From NCBI GenBank assembly GCA_963664225.1, contig OY760937.1, positions 4,416,001 through 4,480,000 of the forward strand: a DNA stretch of 64,000 nucleotides, read 5' to 3'. Source of the DNA: Verrucomicrobiia bacterium (GTDB lineage: Bacteria; Verrucomicrobiota; Verrucomicrobiia; Limisphaerales; UBA1319). The notes beneath the pieces were generated by a model. That model did not search any database, had not been told where the DNA came from, and saw only the letters and a list, made by a program, of their open reading frames with translations. Each line of letters starts with the position of its first letter. Positions within the stretch are counted from its first letter, which is position 1. This document shows positions 9,285 to 19,551 of this stretch, in pieces. The translations under genes were made by a program, and so were the position numbers.

Positions 9285-10355
9285 TTAACAAATGCGCGGC
9301 AGTTGTTCGCCGCTGAGGCGATCGATAATACGCCGGGTTCCAATGGCGCTGACGAGGGTGACGAGACCGTCCTGCTCTGTATCCACACCGCCAATCACTG
9401 TTGCCTTTGTTCCTGCCGAGTGGGCCTGAAGAATCTTTACCGCGCGGTCGGCGTCTTTAGCCGGAACGAAGGCGGTAAAACGGCCTTCATTGGCCACGTA
9501 GAGGGGATCGAGGCCGAGCATTTCACACGCGCCGCGAACCTGTTCCTCCACGGGAATGGCCCGGCTATCGATCCGCAGGCGGCAACCGGAGGATTCGGCA
9601 ATTTCGACCAGGGTTGTGGCGAGGCCGCCCCGTGTCAAATCCCGCAGGCAATGCACTTCGATGCCCGCGGCAAAGAGCGCCTCGACCATCCCATTCAAGG
9701 GCGCGCAATCGCTCACGATGCTGCTTTCAAACTGCAAGCCTTCACGTTCCGCCATGATCGCGATTCCGTGACGGCCCACATCCCCGCTGAGCACAATGGC
9801 ATCCCCGGGACGCACCCCGCCGGGGCTGATTTCGCGACCGGGCGCGACCAGTCCCACGCCGGCCGTATTAATGAAAACTCCATCCCCCTTGCCTTTGTCC
9901 ACGACCTTGGTGTCACCGGTCACCAATTGGACGCCGGCGGTTACCGCGGCGGATTTCATGGATTGCACGATCCGCCAGAGGGTTTCCATGGGCAATCCCT
10001 CCTCAAGGATGAATCCCGCGCTCAGATAAAGCGGTTTGGCGCCACACATGGCCAGGTCGTTGACCGTGCCATAAACCGCCAGTTCACCGATATTGCCACC
10101 GGGGAAAAACAATGGCTTTACCACGTAAGAATCCGTGGTGAATGCCAGGCGCATGTCCTGGATGGACAGGATTGCCCCGTCGTGACGCGATTCGAGCATG
10201 GGGTTGCTGAACGCGGGCAGGAATATTTTCTCGATCAACTGATTGGTCAATTTGCCGCCGCCACCGTGCGCCATCAAAATGTGCGGGTATTCGCTGGTGG
10301 GTATGGGACAGGCAGGGCCGGAGTCCGGAAAAAACGCGGCTGTCTTCGAATTCAT
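9285..10355 (-). CDS. hypE: Hydrogenase maturation carbamoyl dehydratase
   Basis: [36 protein letters not shown], terminal GEQLPRIC. Confidence 0.97.
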   Translation of the reverse strand: MNSKTAAFFPDSGPACPIPTSEYPHILMAHGGGGKLTNQLIEKIFLPAFSNPMLESRHDGAILSIQDMRLAFTTDSYVVKPLFFPGGNIGELAVYGTVNDLAMCGAKPLYLSAGFILEEGLPMETLWRIVQSMKSAAVTAGVQLVTGDTKVVDKGKGDGVFINTAGVGLVAPGREISPGGVRPGDAIVLSGDVGRHGIAIMAEREGLQFESSIVSDCAPLNGMVEALFAAGIEVHCLRDLTRGGLATTLVEIAESSGCRLRIDSRAIPVEEQVRGACEMLGLDPLYVANEGRFTAFVPAKDADRAVKILQAHSAGTKATVIGGVDTEQDGLVTLVSAIGTRRIIDRLSGEQLPRIC

Positions 10356-10419
10356 AGGTGCTTCATAAACAATCAAAATCGCAAATACACAACCATCAAA
10401 AGGGCGGAATAGCCGGGAG

Positions 10420-11529
10420 TCAAGCAGCGGATGGGGCGTCGCGTTTGACCTGCCTGTAGCGGAAATAGGCGGCGCAGGCGCCTTCCGAGGAAACCATGGG
10501 CGCACCCAGGGGATGTTCGGGCGTGCAGCGTGTTCCGAAGGCGCCGCAATCATGGGGTTTTATGATTCCGCGCAAGACCTGGCCAGCCATGCATTCGGGC
10601 GATTCCTCGACCTGCATGTCCGCAAGCCCGAATTTTTTCTCGGCATCAAATCCTTCATAGGGCTGTCTTAAGCCGAGGCCGCTTTGGGGAATCATACCCA
10701 CGCCCCGCCACCGGCGGTCCACCACTTCAAAGACCTCAGTAATCAATTTTTGGGCGGGAATGTTGCCTTCGCGCCGGACGAAGCGGGCATATTGGTTCTC
10801 CACCTCCACGCGCCCCTCTTCAAGCTGCTTCAGGCACAGATAAATGCCCTGCAACAAATCCAGCGGTTCGAATCCTGTCACCACGATGGGCACATGATAA
10901 TTCCGGGCAATGGGTTCATATTCTGTGAAACCCATGATGGTGCATACATGCCCGGCAGCCAGAAATCCCTGAATGCGGTTGTTTGACGAACTCAAAATAG
11001 CGTTCATGGCCGGAGGCACCAATACGTGGGAGACCAGGAGGGAGAAATTCTTCAAGCCAAGGCTATTGGCTTGGGCCACAGCCATGGCGTTGGGTGGGGC
11101 CGTGGTTTCAAAACCGACCGCAAAAAAGACCACTTCTTTGGATGGCTCCTCGCGGGCAATTTTCACCGCGTCCAATGGGGAATACACGATGCGCACATCG
11201 CCTCCGGCGGCCTTGGCACTGAGCAGATCGAGGTGTGAACCCGGCACGCGGAGCATGTCGCCGAAGGAACAGAGCACCACCTCGGGCCGCGCGGCCAGCA
11301 GAAGCGCTTTATCGATCAATTCGATGGGAGTCACGCACACTGGACAACCCGGACCATGCACCAGCGTCACACTGGCGGGCAGCAATTCATCCAATCCGTA
11401 ACGGACGATTGAATGCGTTTGACCGCCGCAGATTTCCATGATGGTCCACGGCTTGGTCACCAGCTTGCCAATGGCCTGACTGTATTTGCGGGCGCTTTCG
11501 GGATCCCGGTATTCTTCCAAATATTTCAT
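10420..11529 (-). CDS. hypD: Hydrogenase maturation protein
   Basis: [41 protein letters not shown]. Confidence 0.97.
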   Translation of the reverse strand: MKYLEEYRDPESARKYSQAIGKLVTKPWTIMEICGGQTHSIVRYGLDELLPASVTLVHGPGCPVCVTPIELIDKALLLAARPEVVLCSFGDMLRVPGSHLDLLSAKAAGGDVRIVYSPLDAVKIAREEPSKEVVFFAVGFETTAPPNAMAVAQANSLGLKNFSLLVSHVLVPPAMNAILSSSNNRIQGFLAAGHVCTIMGFTEYEPIARNYHVPIVVTGFEPLDLLQGIYLCLKQLEEGRVEVENQYARFVRREGNIPAQKLITEVFEVVDRRWRGVGMIPQSGLGLRQPYEGFDAEKKFGLADMQVEESPECMAGQVLRGIIKPHDCGAFGTRCTPEHPLGAPMVSSEGACAAYFRYRQVKRDAPSAA

Positions 11530-11723
11530 GCGGCGGTATTTATTTCGCAATGTCTTGCGATTCGTTTGGAACCGGACTCGAATTTAGTATCCATGCCATC
11601 CCATAAACTAATCATCCACGGTGAATCCGCAAATGGAAACGACAATGGAACGACACTGCAAATTTGCCAATGGATTCAAATTCGATACTGCCAGGCAAAG
11701 AAACGGCAAGTAAGCGATTAAGG

Positions 11724-12611
11724 CTAAAAAGCGGTGAGGGTATCCAAAACCGCCTTGATCCTGGGCACCTCGTGAGTGCGAAAGACATCGGTTTTCCCCA
11801 GCGCGGCGAGCACCGCAAAAAACGGTTCCGCACACCGGACTTCCTCGCCAAAGTTCTCAAAGGCATGCGGCAGGGCTTGGCAGACAGGCCAGCCCAAGCT
11901 TCGCAAACGGAAGCTGCTGGCGAAAGTCCGCATTTGATGTCGCACCCGCGCGGCGCCGTCCTGAAGGTTGCGATAATAGAATCCCAGACCGGGATCGATC
12001 ATGATTTTGGTGACGCCCATCTTTGCGGCCAGATCAATCCGTCGCACAAAATATTCGTGCATCAGGCCCACGGGATCCTCCCCCAACTCCAGATCGCCCA
12101 CGGCGCGTACATGCTCGCCCTGCACAAAGCACAATACCACCGCCGCGTTGTGTTCAGCCACCATTTTAAGAATGGCTTCCAGATTCTCGCCGCGGGTTAA
12201 ATTCAATACGGACGCGCCCGCATTGAGGCAGTCCCGGGCCACCTCCAATTCGTAAGTCTCCACTGAGATGGGAATTCCCGCCGCGTGCAATCCCCTCACC
12301 ACAGGCAGCAATTGACCGTTTTGTTCGGTGGAGTTCTTGCGTGCGGCGTGCGCCAAAGTCGATTCCGCGCCCACATCCACAATATCGGCGCCCTGCGCGG
12401 CGAGAACCTGACCACGGCGAATTGCTGAATCCGTGGAGAGGCACACGCTCTCGCGATACCAGGAATCAGCGGAGAGATTGACCACGCCCATGATGGCGGG
12501 CTTGGAATTGAAGGCGAGAATGCGCCCGCCCACATCGAACTCACGCACCTTTGCGCCGAGAGCCTCCCGATGCGTTTGCGCCAATTCCGCGAGCCATTCC
12601 AAAGTCAACAT
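11724..12611 (-). CDS. Dihydropteroate synthase-like pterin-binding protein (divergent)
   Basis: IMGVVNLSADS, GADIVDVGAES, IDPGLGF, RTHEV; canonical SRK motif absent. Confidence 0.75.
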   Translation of the reverse strand: MLTLEWLAELAQTHREALGAKVREFDVGGRILAFNSKPAIMGVVNLSADSWYRESVCLSTDSAIRRGQVLAAQGADIVDVGAESTLAHAARKNSTEQNGQLLPVVRGLHAAGIPISVETYELEVARDCLNAGASVLNLTRGENLEAILKMVAEHNAAVVLCFVQGEHVRAVGDLELGEDPVGLMHEYFVRRIDLAAKMGVTKIMIDPGLGFYYRNLQDGAARVRHQMRTFASSFRLRSLGWPVCQALPHAFENFGEEVRCAEPFFAVLAALGKTDVFRTHEVPRIKAVLDTLTAF

Positions 12612-12672
12612 GCGCCCTCCAATTCAACATTGATTGCACGGCATTGCCATGAAGGTTACCGTGCATGAATCC

Positions 12673-13542
12673 CTATTTCTGGTACACTCGCACGAAATCG
12701 ATTTCCATGCGCTGGGGAAAGATGCTGTCGTCGATCCCCTTCTGACCGCCCCAGGCACCACCCACGGCGATGTTCAGGATCAGGTATTCGGGCATTTTAA
12801 AAGGCCAGGCGTCCTCACCGGTGCCTTCGTCCTTACAGGTGAAATATTGTTTGGAATCGACAAAGAAATCCAAACGATCGGCATGCCACTCCAGAACGTA
12901 GTCATGAAAACCTTCGTACGGTGCGGACACCTTGAGCGTGGAACCACGGCCATTGCCGCGCATGTGATTATACTTCTTCGTGTGGACGTTTGCGTGAATC
13001 GTTTCCGGTACGAATCCCACATACTCCATGATGTCGATCTCACCGCAGGCAGGCCAGCCCGCATGTTTTACATCGTTGCCCAGCATCCAGATGGCCGGCC
13101 ACATGCCGTTGCCCCGGGGGAGTTTGGCACGGACCTCGACACGTCCGGTCGTCCAACTCGCCTTGCCCCGTGTGGTCAGGCTCGCCGACGTGTAATGGCC
13201 GTTGTTAAATTCCTCCTTGCGCGCCTCAATGATCAATTTGCCATTCTCCACCCGGGCATTTTCCGAACGTGCGCGCGTGTAATACTGCTTCTCATTGTTG
13301 CGGACAAATCCCTCCTCGTAGCCCCATTTTGAAGAATCAGGCAATCCGGGTTTGTCGAATTCATCAGACCAGACCAATTTCCAGCCATTGGTCAAGACCG
13401 GTTCAGCGGCCTGCGTTGGGGTCAGAAACGCACAAGCCAGGATGGCACAACCCGCCCACTTACGAAAACAGGGAACGATGGGATTAATCATGGCGTTGAC
13501 TTTCGGGGAATCCGGCGGCAATGCCAATCCTATTTTGCTCAC
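12673..13542 (-). CDS. Glycoside hydrolase family 16 (laminarinase-like); start may be downstream
   Basis: LVWSDEFD, GMWPAIWM, catalytic EIDIME, ILNIAVGG, DFVRVYQ; signal peptide. Confidence 0.93.
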   Translation of the reverse strand: MSKIGLALPPDSPKVNAMINPIVPCFRKWAGCAILACAFLTPTQAAEPVLTNGWKLVWSDEFDKPGLPDSSKWGYEEGFVRNNEKQYYTRARSENARVENGKLIIEARKEEFNNGHYTSASLTTRGKASWTTGRVEVRAKLPRGNGMWPAIWMLGNDVKHAGWPACGEIDIMEYVGFVPETIHANVHTKKYNHMRGNGRGSTLKVSAPYEGFHDYVLEWHADRLDFFVDSKQYFTCKDEGTGEDAWPFKMPEYLILNIAVGGAWGGQKGIDDSIFPQRMEIDFVRVYQK

Positions 13543-13621
13543 TTTTTTACTTCACGCTTTGAATTGGTCTGACATATTTGCCAACTCTGACACCATGGCG
13601 GAATTAATTTTTTAAAATACA

Positions 13622-16477
13622 ATGCGCCGCACCTTTACTTGCATGCTCGTTGTCCTGATCCTTATTGTTTCAGGATGGCATTGCTCACTGTTGGCGGATA
13701 TCGCTTGCGATACCAATGCCGCTACGCACTATTTCGCAGGCAAGGAATTACGACGCTATCTTTATTTAACCACGGGCAAATTTCACACCATTACAGGAAA
13801 GTCGAATTCCGGACCCGGCGACCATTTTTACTTGGAAGTCGATAAACGGCTCGCAACGGAGGAATACGCAATTGAGACCTCGGGTAAAACAAGCGCCTTG
13901 TCGGTGCGCATTGCGGGTGGTTCAGATCGTGCGTTGTTGTATGGTGCATACAATTATGCTGAAAAACTCGGTGTGTGGTTTTCGTTATCGGGAGATGACA
14001 TCCCTTTTGAACTGGTGGAGCAATTGCCCAAGGTTAATTTGCGCGAGAAGCCTGCTTTTGCAGTGCGCGGCGTTCAATTGTTCCCTGACTTTCCGGAAGG
14101 TCCTGATTGGTGGGGAGAAACCGAATATCTGGCCTACATTGCCCAATTGCCGAAATTGCGGCTCAATTTCCTCGGGATTCATTCCTATGGCGAGAATAAC
14201 CCGACCGCTGAACCAACAGTCTGGACAGGAAAGCGCGAATCTGCGATGCAGGATGGACGTGTCAAAGCCAGTTATCCTGCTAGTTTTCATGGCACCCTGC
14301 GGGGTAAATGGGGTTACAAGCCAATGCGGACAAGCGATTACCATTGCGGCGCGGCACAATTGTTTGAAAGCGACGATTATAAAATTTGGTCGGCATCCTC
14401 TGACAACGACTTGTTCGACCAGGTGGGGCTGCAATTACGCAGGAATTTCACTCTCGCCCGGTGGTTGGGTATACAAACCTCAGTGGGCACGGATGCCCCA
14501 TTAACCATTCCGCAGACAGTAAAGGAACATTATGGAGAGGGCGTTTCCAGGGAGGAATTATATGATGGGATGTTTTATCGCATCTCCAAAGCCTACCCCA
14601 TCGATTTCTATTCGCTATGGAGTTGGGAGGCGTGGACCTGGACAAACGTGGATTCCAGCCAGGTTGCGGATACGGTTGCGGATATCAAGGCGGCAGAGCG
14701 AGCACTCGATAAGGGAGGCCACCCTTTTCAATTGTCTGTAATGGGTTGGTGCGTGGGCGCACTGCAAGACCCATTGATTTTGGATCGTGAAATCAAGGCC
14801 GAGACCGGGATTGGCAGTTTAAACCGCAATATGGGACTGATGACTGTGGATCCCATTTTTGGAAATCTCAGACACTTGAACCGCTGGGCCATAACTTGGC
14901 TTCAAGACGATGATGTTCTGACAATGCCAATGCTTTGGGCCGGACGCGCCCGCATGGATGTCGCGGAGGGGTACCAGCGCAAGTTGGAAGGCATGCTCGG
15001 AATTCACTGGCACACGAAGTGGATCAGTCCTGCAGCGAATTCTTTTGCGCGAACCCTGTGGGATTTGCCTTATCTCCAGGAACGCCACGAGGGGGCCATC
15101 GGAGGCAGTGTGTTTAAATTCAAGGACGCCATTATTAACAGTCCCCACTCCCCGGTCTATCAAAACCAGCGGCTTAACACCTACGGCTACCGGATAAAAG
15201 TGCCTTCAGGCACTTATAAAGTCACATTGCAGTTTTGCGAAATGCAGGTCAACGGACCTGATCAACGCGTCTTTGGAATCCAACTTCAAGGCCAGACCGT
15301 GGCGGATCGATTCGACATTTTCAAGGAGGCCGGACGCGCAGCCGCATTGGATCGGACTTTTACCAGCATTGTGGCAACCAACGAAGAAGTGAGCATTCGC
15401 TTCAGCCCTTTTCTGGGATTCCCATGCATTTCTGGCATCGTCGTATCGAACACCACCTCCAAATTCAGCAGAAAAATCAACTGCGGTGGTCCTCAATATT
15501 TGGATTATGAGGCCGATCAGGACAATTACGCTCCAGTGACCGACTTTTACAGGCAGTGGGCGCGGGCGGAGTTTGGGCCCGCTGAGTCCGAGAACATTGC
15601 CACCATCTTTGGCTTTGTCGACGGCTTCCAGCCGCGCATTGCGCGTTGGATCGACGGTCCGGGCAGCCTTAATCCTGACTACGAGAATTGGGAACAAAAA
15701 CGCCCGATGTATGATTTTATTGACAGCCTTGGGCAAATCAAAAATCAGCTCAAGGAGCCGTATGCCGCCCGGTTGGGATATTGGTGCGAAGTATTCAAGT
15801 ATTTTCGCAATTCGGCCCGGCTCCGATGCCTCTGGGGCGCATACAATACCTCCCTCGTCGATTACAGGAAAAACGCCGACCTGCAGACCCTTCAGGTGGC
15901 AATCCAGCTGCGTCGGCAAATGGCCCAACAAATTCAGGAAATCTACTCAAACCTCATCAGCCTTTTATCCACCACAGGCGAATTGGGCACGATATCCAAT
16001 TGGGAGCAAAACGTGCTGCCACGAGTTTGGACCGAAACCGGGGACGAGTTGGCACGATTGACAAAATCACCCCTACCGCCTCAACTCGAACTTCCCAAGG
16101 AGTATAAGGGGTCCACACGAATGATCGTACCCACGAAGCCGACAATTGCCTTCGAAGGTGTTCCTTTAAAGCTGAAGATTTGGATTTTCTCTGAAAAACC
16201 CGTTGAAACACTCGATCTATACTGGAAACCGCTCGGCCAAAAAGGATATCGCAAGGAATCTGGTCTCCATTTAAACAGGGGTGTATGGCAGGTTGTCTTT
16301 CCAAATCAGGGAGTGATGGGAGATTTGGAGTATTATCTCAAACTCAAGGTTGCGGGTGAAACACCGCAGTATGATCCACCGGATACCAAAGCCAGAGTAA
16401 TGGGGGATATTATTGTCAGGCAGAATCACTCCATCGTCAGCGTTCCCGGCGTTGCTTTCCACGAAACCACGAACTGA
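13622..16477 (+). CDS. Secreted glycoside-hydrolase-like protein (GH67/GH20-type N-terminal domain) with inserted malectin domain
   Basis: Signal peptide; FAGKELRRYL, EEYAI...IAGGSDRALLYGAY, PAFAVRG; malectin motifs YQNQR, VTLQFCE, RVFGI, FDIF, INCGG. Confidence 0.7.
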   Translation: MRRTFTCMLVVLILIVSGWHCSLLADIACDTNAATHYFAGKELRRYLYLTTGKFHTITGKSNSGPGDHFYLEVDKRLATEEYAIETSGKTSALSVRIAGGSDRALLYGAYNYAEKLGVWFSLSGDDIPFELVEQLPKVNLREKPAFAVRGVQLFPDFPEGPDWWGETEYLAYIAQLPKLRLNFLGIHSYGENNPTAEPTVWTGKRESAMQDGRVKASYPASFHGTLRGKWGYKPMRTSDYHCGAAQLFESDDYKIWSASSDNDLFDQVGLQLRRNFTLARWLGIQTSVGTDAPLTIPQTVKEHYGEGVSREELYDGMFYRISKAYPIDFYSLWSWEAWTWTNVDSSQVADTVADIKAAERALDKGGHPFQLSVMGWCVGALQDPLILDREIKAETGIGSLNRNMGLMTVDPIFGNLRHLNRWAITWLQDDDVLTMPMLWAGRARMDVAEGYQRKLEGMLGIHWHTKWISPAANSFARTLWDLPYLQERHEGAIGGSVFKFKDAIINSPHSPVYQNQRLNTYGYRIKVPSGTYKVTLQFCEMQVNGPDQRVFGIQLQGQTVADRFDIFKEAGRAAALDRTFTSIVATNEEVSIRFSPFLGFPCISGIVVSNTTSKFSRKINCGGPQYLDYEADQDNYAPVTDFYRQWARAEFGPAESENIATIFGFVDGFQPRIARWIDGPGSLNPDYENWEQKRPMYDFIDSLGQIKNQLKEPYAARLGYWCEVFKYFRNSARLRCLWGAYNTSLVDYRKNADLQTLQVAIQLRRQMAQQIQEIYSNLISLLSTTGELGTISNWEQNVLPRVWTETGDELARLTKSPLPPQLELPKEYKGSTRMIVPTKPTIAFEGVPLKLKIWIFSEKPVETLDLYWKPLGQKGYRKESGLHLNRGVWQVVFPNQGVMGDLEYYLKLKVAGETPQYDPPDTKARVMGDIIVRQNHSIVSVPGVAFHETTN

Positions 16478-16590
16478 GGTCCTTTATTGTTTGAAAATCT
16501 GTGGCATTTTACAGGTGCCTGCGGCGGGCGCGCCATCGTTGGATGGCCGGGTAGCAGGCGCAGAATATCAAAGTTCAATATGCGGCTGGG

Positions 16591-16830
16591 ATGAAGATAT
16601 TATTGTTTGCACAACTGAAGGATGTTTTGGGATGTTCCCAAATCGAATGTCCCCTCCAGGGACCGGTCACGCTGGACGCTTTCTGGGACCGTTTGCTCGA
16701 GGATTACCCCGCCCTGCGAGCACACCGACATACCTTGCGCGTATCGCGAAATCTCGAGTTTGTCACTTCGGACACACTCCTTTGCGAGGGGGACGAAGTC
16801 GCCTTGATTCCCCCCGTATCGGGCGGCTAG
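16591..16830 (+). CDS. moaD: Molybdopterin synthase sulfur carrier
   Basis: 79 aa, LLFAQLKD, terminal GDEVALIPPVSGG. Confidence 0.93.
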   Translation: MKILLFAQLKDVLGCSQIECPLQGPVTLDAFWDRLLEDYPALRAHRHTLRVSRNLEFVTSDTLLCEGDEVALIPPVSGG

Positions 16831-16832
16831 CC

Positions 16833-17294
16833 ATGAAAATTCACATTGAACTCACGCAAAATCGCATTCCAGCCGATTTTGGAGCTTCAGAGGAATGGCG
16901 CGGCAAGGCGGGCGCGTTGGTTGAGTTTTCCGGAATGGTGCGCGAGGAGGAAGACGGCCAAACAATTGCCAGTCTGGATTACGAGGCGTATTCGGCCATG
17001 GCCCTCAAATCCATGCGCGGCATTCTCGAGTCGCTTGCAAAATCTCATCACTGCCTGGAAGCGCGCGTCATGCATCGCGTCGGCACGGTGCCGACCTCCG
17101 AAGCCGCCATAAAAATCGTCCTCTGGGCACGTCACCGGACGGAAGCCTTCAGTTTGCTCGCCGCGTTCATGGACCGGCTCAAGAGCGAAGTTCCGATCTG
17201 GAAACGGGGTCCAACCGCCCTACCTCCGCAATCCCTGGAACACGAAACGTCCGGGCTAGTTTCCAACGTCACATCCCCCAGGGAACGCGCATGA
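16833..17294 (+). CDS. moaE: Molybdopterin synthase catalytic subunit
   Basis: GALVEFSGMVR, LDYEAY, HRVG, MDRLKSEVPIWK; ATG 3 bp after moaD stop. Confidence 0.92.
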   Translation: MKIHIELTQNRIPADFGASEEWRGKAGALVEFSGMVREEEDGQTIASLDYEAYSAMALKSMRGILESLAKSHHCLEARVMHRVGTVPTSEAAIKIVLWARHRTEAFSLLAAFMDRLKSEVPIWKRGPTALPPQSLEHETSGLVSNVTSPRERA

Positions 17295-18535
17295 GTGGCA
17301 CGCTCTCCACATTGGCTGCGGTGACGCTCGACGAAGCGCTGCAAATCATCCGGTCCAAATGCGCCGTGATTGACGTGCGGCGCGTCGTTCTTAAAGATGC
17401 ACACCGTCGCATCTTGCGGGAAAACGTTACGGCGCGCGAGGATGCCCCTCCATTCGATCGTTCAGCCGTGGATGGCTTTGCGATACGGATGAATGATCCA
17501 TCCACGCAATTTGAAGTGGTGGATGAAATACGCGCAGGCGCATGGAAACCGAGGTCTCTGGAGTTTGGACAGGCGGTGCGGATTTACACGGGCGCTCCAA
17601 TGCCCTGTCCTGAACTTACGGTTATGATGCAGGAGGAAGTGGAGGTGGAAGGAGCATCGATGCGACGGCGCGCGCATTCCGAATCTGATGAACGCCTTAT
17701 CCGCTTTCAAGGGGAGGACGCCCGGCGCGGGGCGTTATTGGTCCCCGCAGGCCTCAGGTTGGAGGCCGGTGAACTCGCCATCCTCGCCTCCGCCGGATAC
17801 GCGCATCCGCTGGTTTCACGCACACCGCTCATTCTTCATTATGTGACCGGGGATGAACTCGCCGCACCGGACAGCGCGCTGGCACCCGGCCAGATTCGCG
17901 ATTGCAACTCCGTCATGTTGCGCGCGCTCCTGGCTCAGGACGGCCTCGATGTCGCCACGGCGCGACTGCCGGAAGATTACGAGCGCTCGCTGGGCTGCCT
18001 GCGGGCGGATCTGGCAAGCGCCGCAGACGTGCTCTTGATTTCCGGAGGAGCCAGCGTGGGCACGCATGATTACACACGCCGACTACTGGAAGCGTTGGGA
18101 TTTGAAATTCATTTCGCTCAAGTCAGGGTCCGTCCAGGAAAACCAATGATCTTTGCCACGCGCGGTGCTCAAGTGGCTTTTGGCATTCCGGGCAATCCTC
18201 TCGCCCACTTTGTCTGCCATCCCCTTTTCATCCGCACCGCGCTGAATCGCATGCAGGGACTGGACGTAGTCCCGGAGTTTTGCGCCGGATTTCTGGCGAA
18301 CGCGTTGGACATCGAGCCCGGTCCGCGGGAAACTTTCTGGCCCGCGGGTCTGGAACTGACGCGGCGAGGTTTCACACTGTATCCCTTGCGCTGGCAAAGT
18401 TCCGGGGACGTTACCGTTTTAAATGGCGCGCAGGCCTTGATGCGTATTCCTTCGAACACTGGTTCGCAGCCAGAGGGGGCGGAAATTACTTTTCTACCGC
18501 TGCGCTGGCCTGGTGATTTACCGCAAGATCGATGA
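17291..18535 (+). CDS. moeA: Molybdopterin molybdenumtransferase
   Basis: PPFDRSAVDGFA, IYTGAPMP, TGDEL, ISGGASVG, PGKP, GIPGNP. Confidence 0.95.
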   Translation: MSGTLSTLAAVTLDEALQIIRSKCAVIDVRRVVLKDAHRRILRENVTAREDAPPFDRSAVDGFAIRMNDPSTQFEVVDEIRAGAWKPRSLEFGQAVRIYTGAPMPCPELTVMMQEEVEVEGASMRRRAHSESDERLIRFQGEDARRGALLVPAGLRLEAGELAILASAGYAHPLVSRTPLILHYVTGDELAAPDSALAPGQIRDCNSVMLRALLAQDGLDVATARLPEDYERSLGCLRADLASAADVLLISGGASVGTHDYTRRLLEALGFEIHFAQVRVRPGKPMIFATRGAQVAFGIPGNPLAHFVCHPLFIRTALNRMQGLDVVPEFCAGFLANALDIEPGPRETFWPAGLELTRRGFTLYPLRWQSSGDVTVLNGAQALMRIPSNTGSQPEGAEITFLPLRWPGDLPQDR

Positions 18536-18541
18536 TTTCTC

Positions 18542-19027
18542 ATGAAAAAAGCTCAAAAAAAACCGTCATCAATAAAAGGACCCGACGCGTTTTCGCATCT
18601 GGATGAAAAAGGCGCGGCGCGCATGGTCGATGTCAGCGCCAAACCCGTGCTGTTCCGCCGGGCTGTCGCGCAAGGCAGCCTTTTATGCCAACCTGCAACC
18701 ATCCGTGCCCTGCGTGTCCAGGCCCTGCCCAAGGGCGACGTGCTCGGAGTGGCGCGCATTGCAGGGATACAGGCCGCCAAGCAAACTGCGGAACTCATCC
18801 CGCTTTGCCATATGCTTCCTCTGCGCCATGTTTCCGTCGATTTCACCATTCACCGCCGGGTGATCGGAATCACTTGCGCCGCGCAGACCGAGGCGACCAC
18901 CGGCGTGGAAATGGAGGCCCTGACCGGGGTCGCGGTGGCCGCGTTGACGCTTTATGACATGTGCAAAGCTGTGGATAAAACCATGCGCATTGAAGGCATT
19001 CACGTCGTGGAAAAAATCAAAAAATGA
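18542..19027 (+). CDS. moaC: Cyclic pyranopterin monophosphate synthase
   Basis: SHLD, MVDVSAK, LIPLCH, TGVEMEAL, YDMCKAVD. Confidence 0.97.
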   Translation: MKKAQKKPSSIKGPDAFSHLDEKGAARMVDVSAKPVLFRRAVAQGSLLCQPATIRALRVQALPKGDVLGVARIAGIQAAKQTAELIPLCHMLPLRHVSVDFTIHRRVIGITCAAQTEATTGVEMEALTGVAVAALTLYDMCKAVDKTMRIEGIHVVEKIKK

Positions 19028-19539
19028 AAATCGGCCGCATCACCATCAGCGACCGGGCCTCGGCTGGAATCTACCAGGATCTCGGCGGTCCCGAAATCGA
19101 GCGCGTCCTGTCCCTTTTACTGGAGGGACCGCTGGAATTTCAGTCCGGGATGGTATCCGACGATCAGGAATTGATCTCCCAAACGCTCGTTGAATTCGCA
19201 GATCGCCACCAATGCGCGTTGATCGTCACCACGGGGGGAACGGGTCCCGCCCCGCGCGATGTCACGCCGGAAGCCACACGCGCGATTCTGAAAAAAGAGC
19301 TGCCGGGTTTTGGCGAATTGATGCGCATGAATGCCTGGCCGCGTGTGAAGACCGCGATTTTGTCCCGAGCCACCGCCGGAATTCGCGGCCGCTCGCTAAT
19401 CGTTAACCTGCCCGGAAATCCCAGGGCCATTGCCGAATGCCTGGAATGGCTGGCCCCGGCCATCCGGGAAATACTTGCCATGCTGCAAGGGGTGAATCCT
19501 CACGAAAAGCCCGGTTGCACGATCCCGTCTGGTGGTTGA
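19024..19539 (+). CDS. mog: Molybdopterin adenylyltransferase
   Basis: TISDRAS, TTGGTGPAPRDVTPEAT, AILSR, NLPG. Confidence 0.93.
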   Translation: MKIGRITISDRASAGIYQDLGGPEIERVLSLLLEGPLEFQSGMVSDDQELISQTLVEFADRHQCALIVTTGGTGPAPRDVTPEATRAILKKELPGFGELMRMNAWPRVKTAILSRATAGIRGRSLIVNLPGNPRAIAECLEWLAPAIREILAMLQGVNPHEKPGCTIPSGG

Positions 19540-19551
19540 AAGTATCGCCGT

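Noticed and set aside
11530..11723. hypC upstream of hypD
   Set aside because: A CLAV tetrapeptide occurs on the minus strand but without a start Met or other HypC motifs, and the gap is too short
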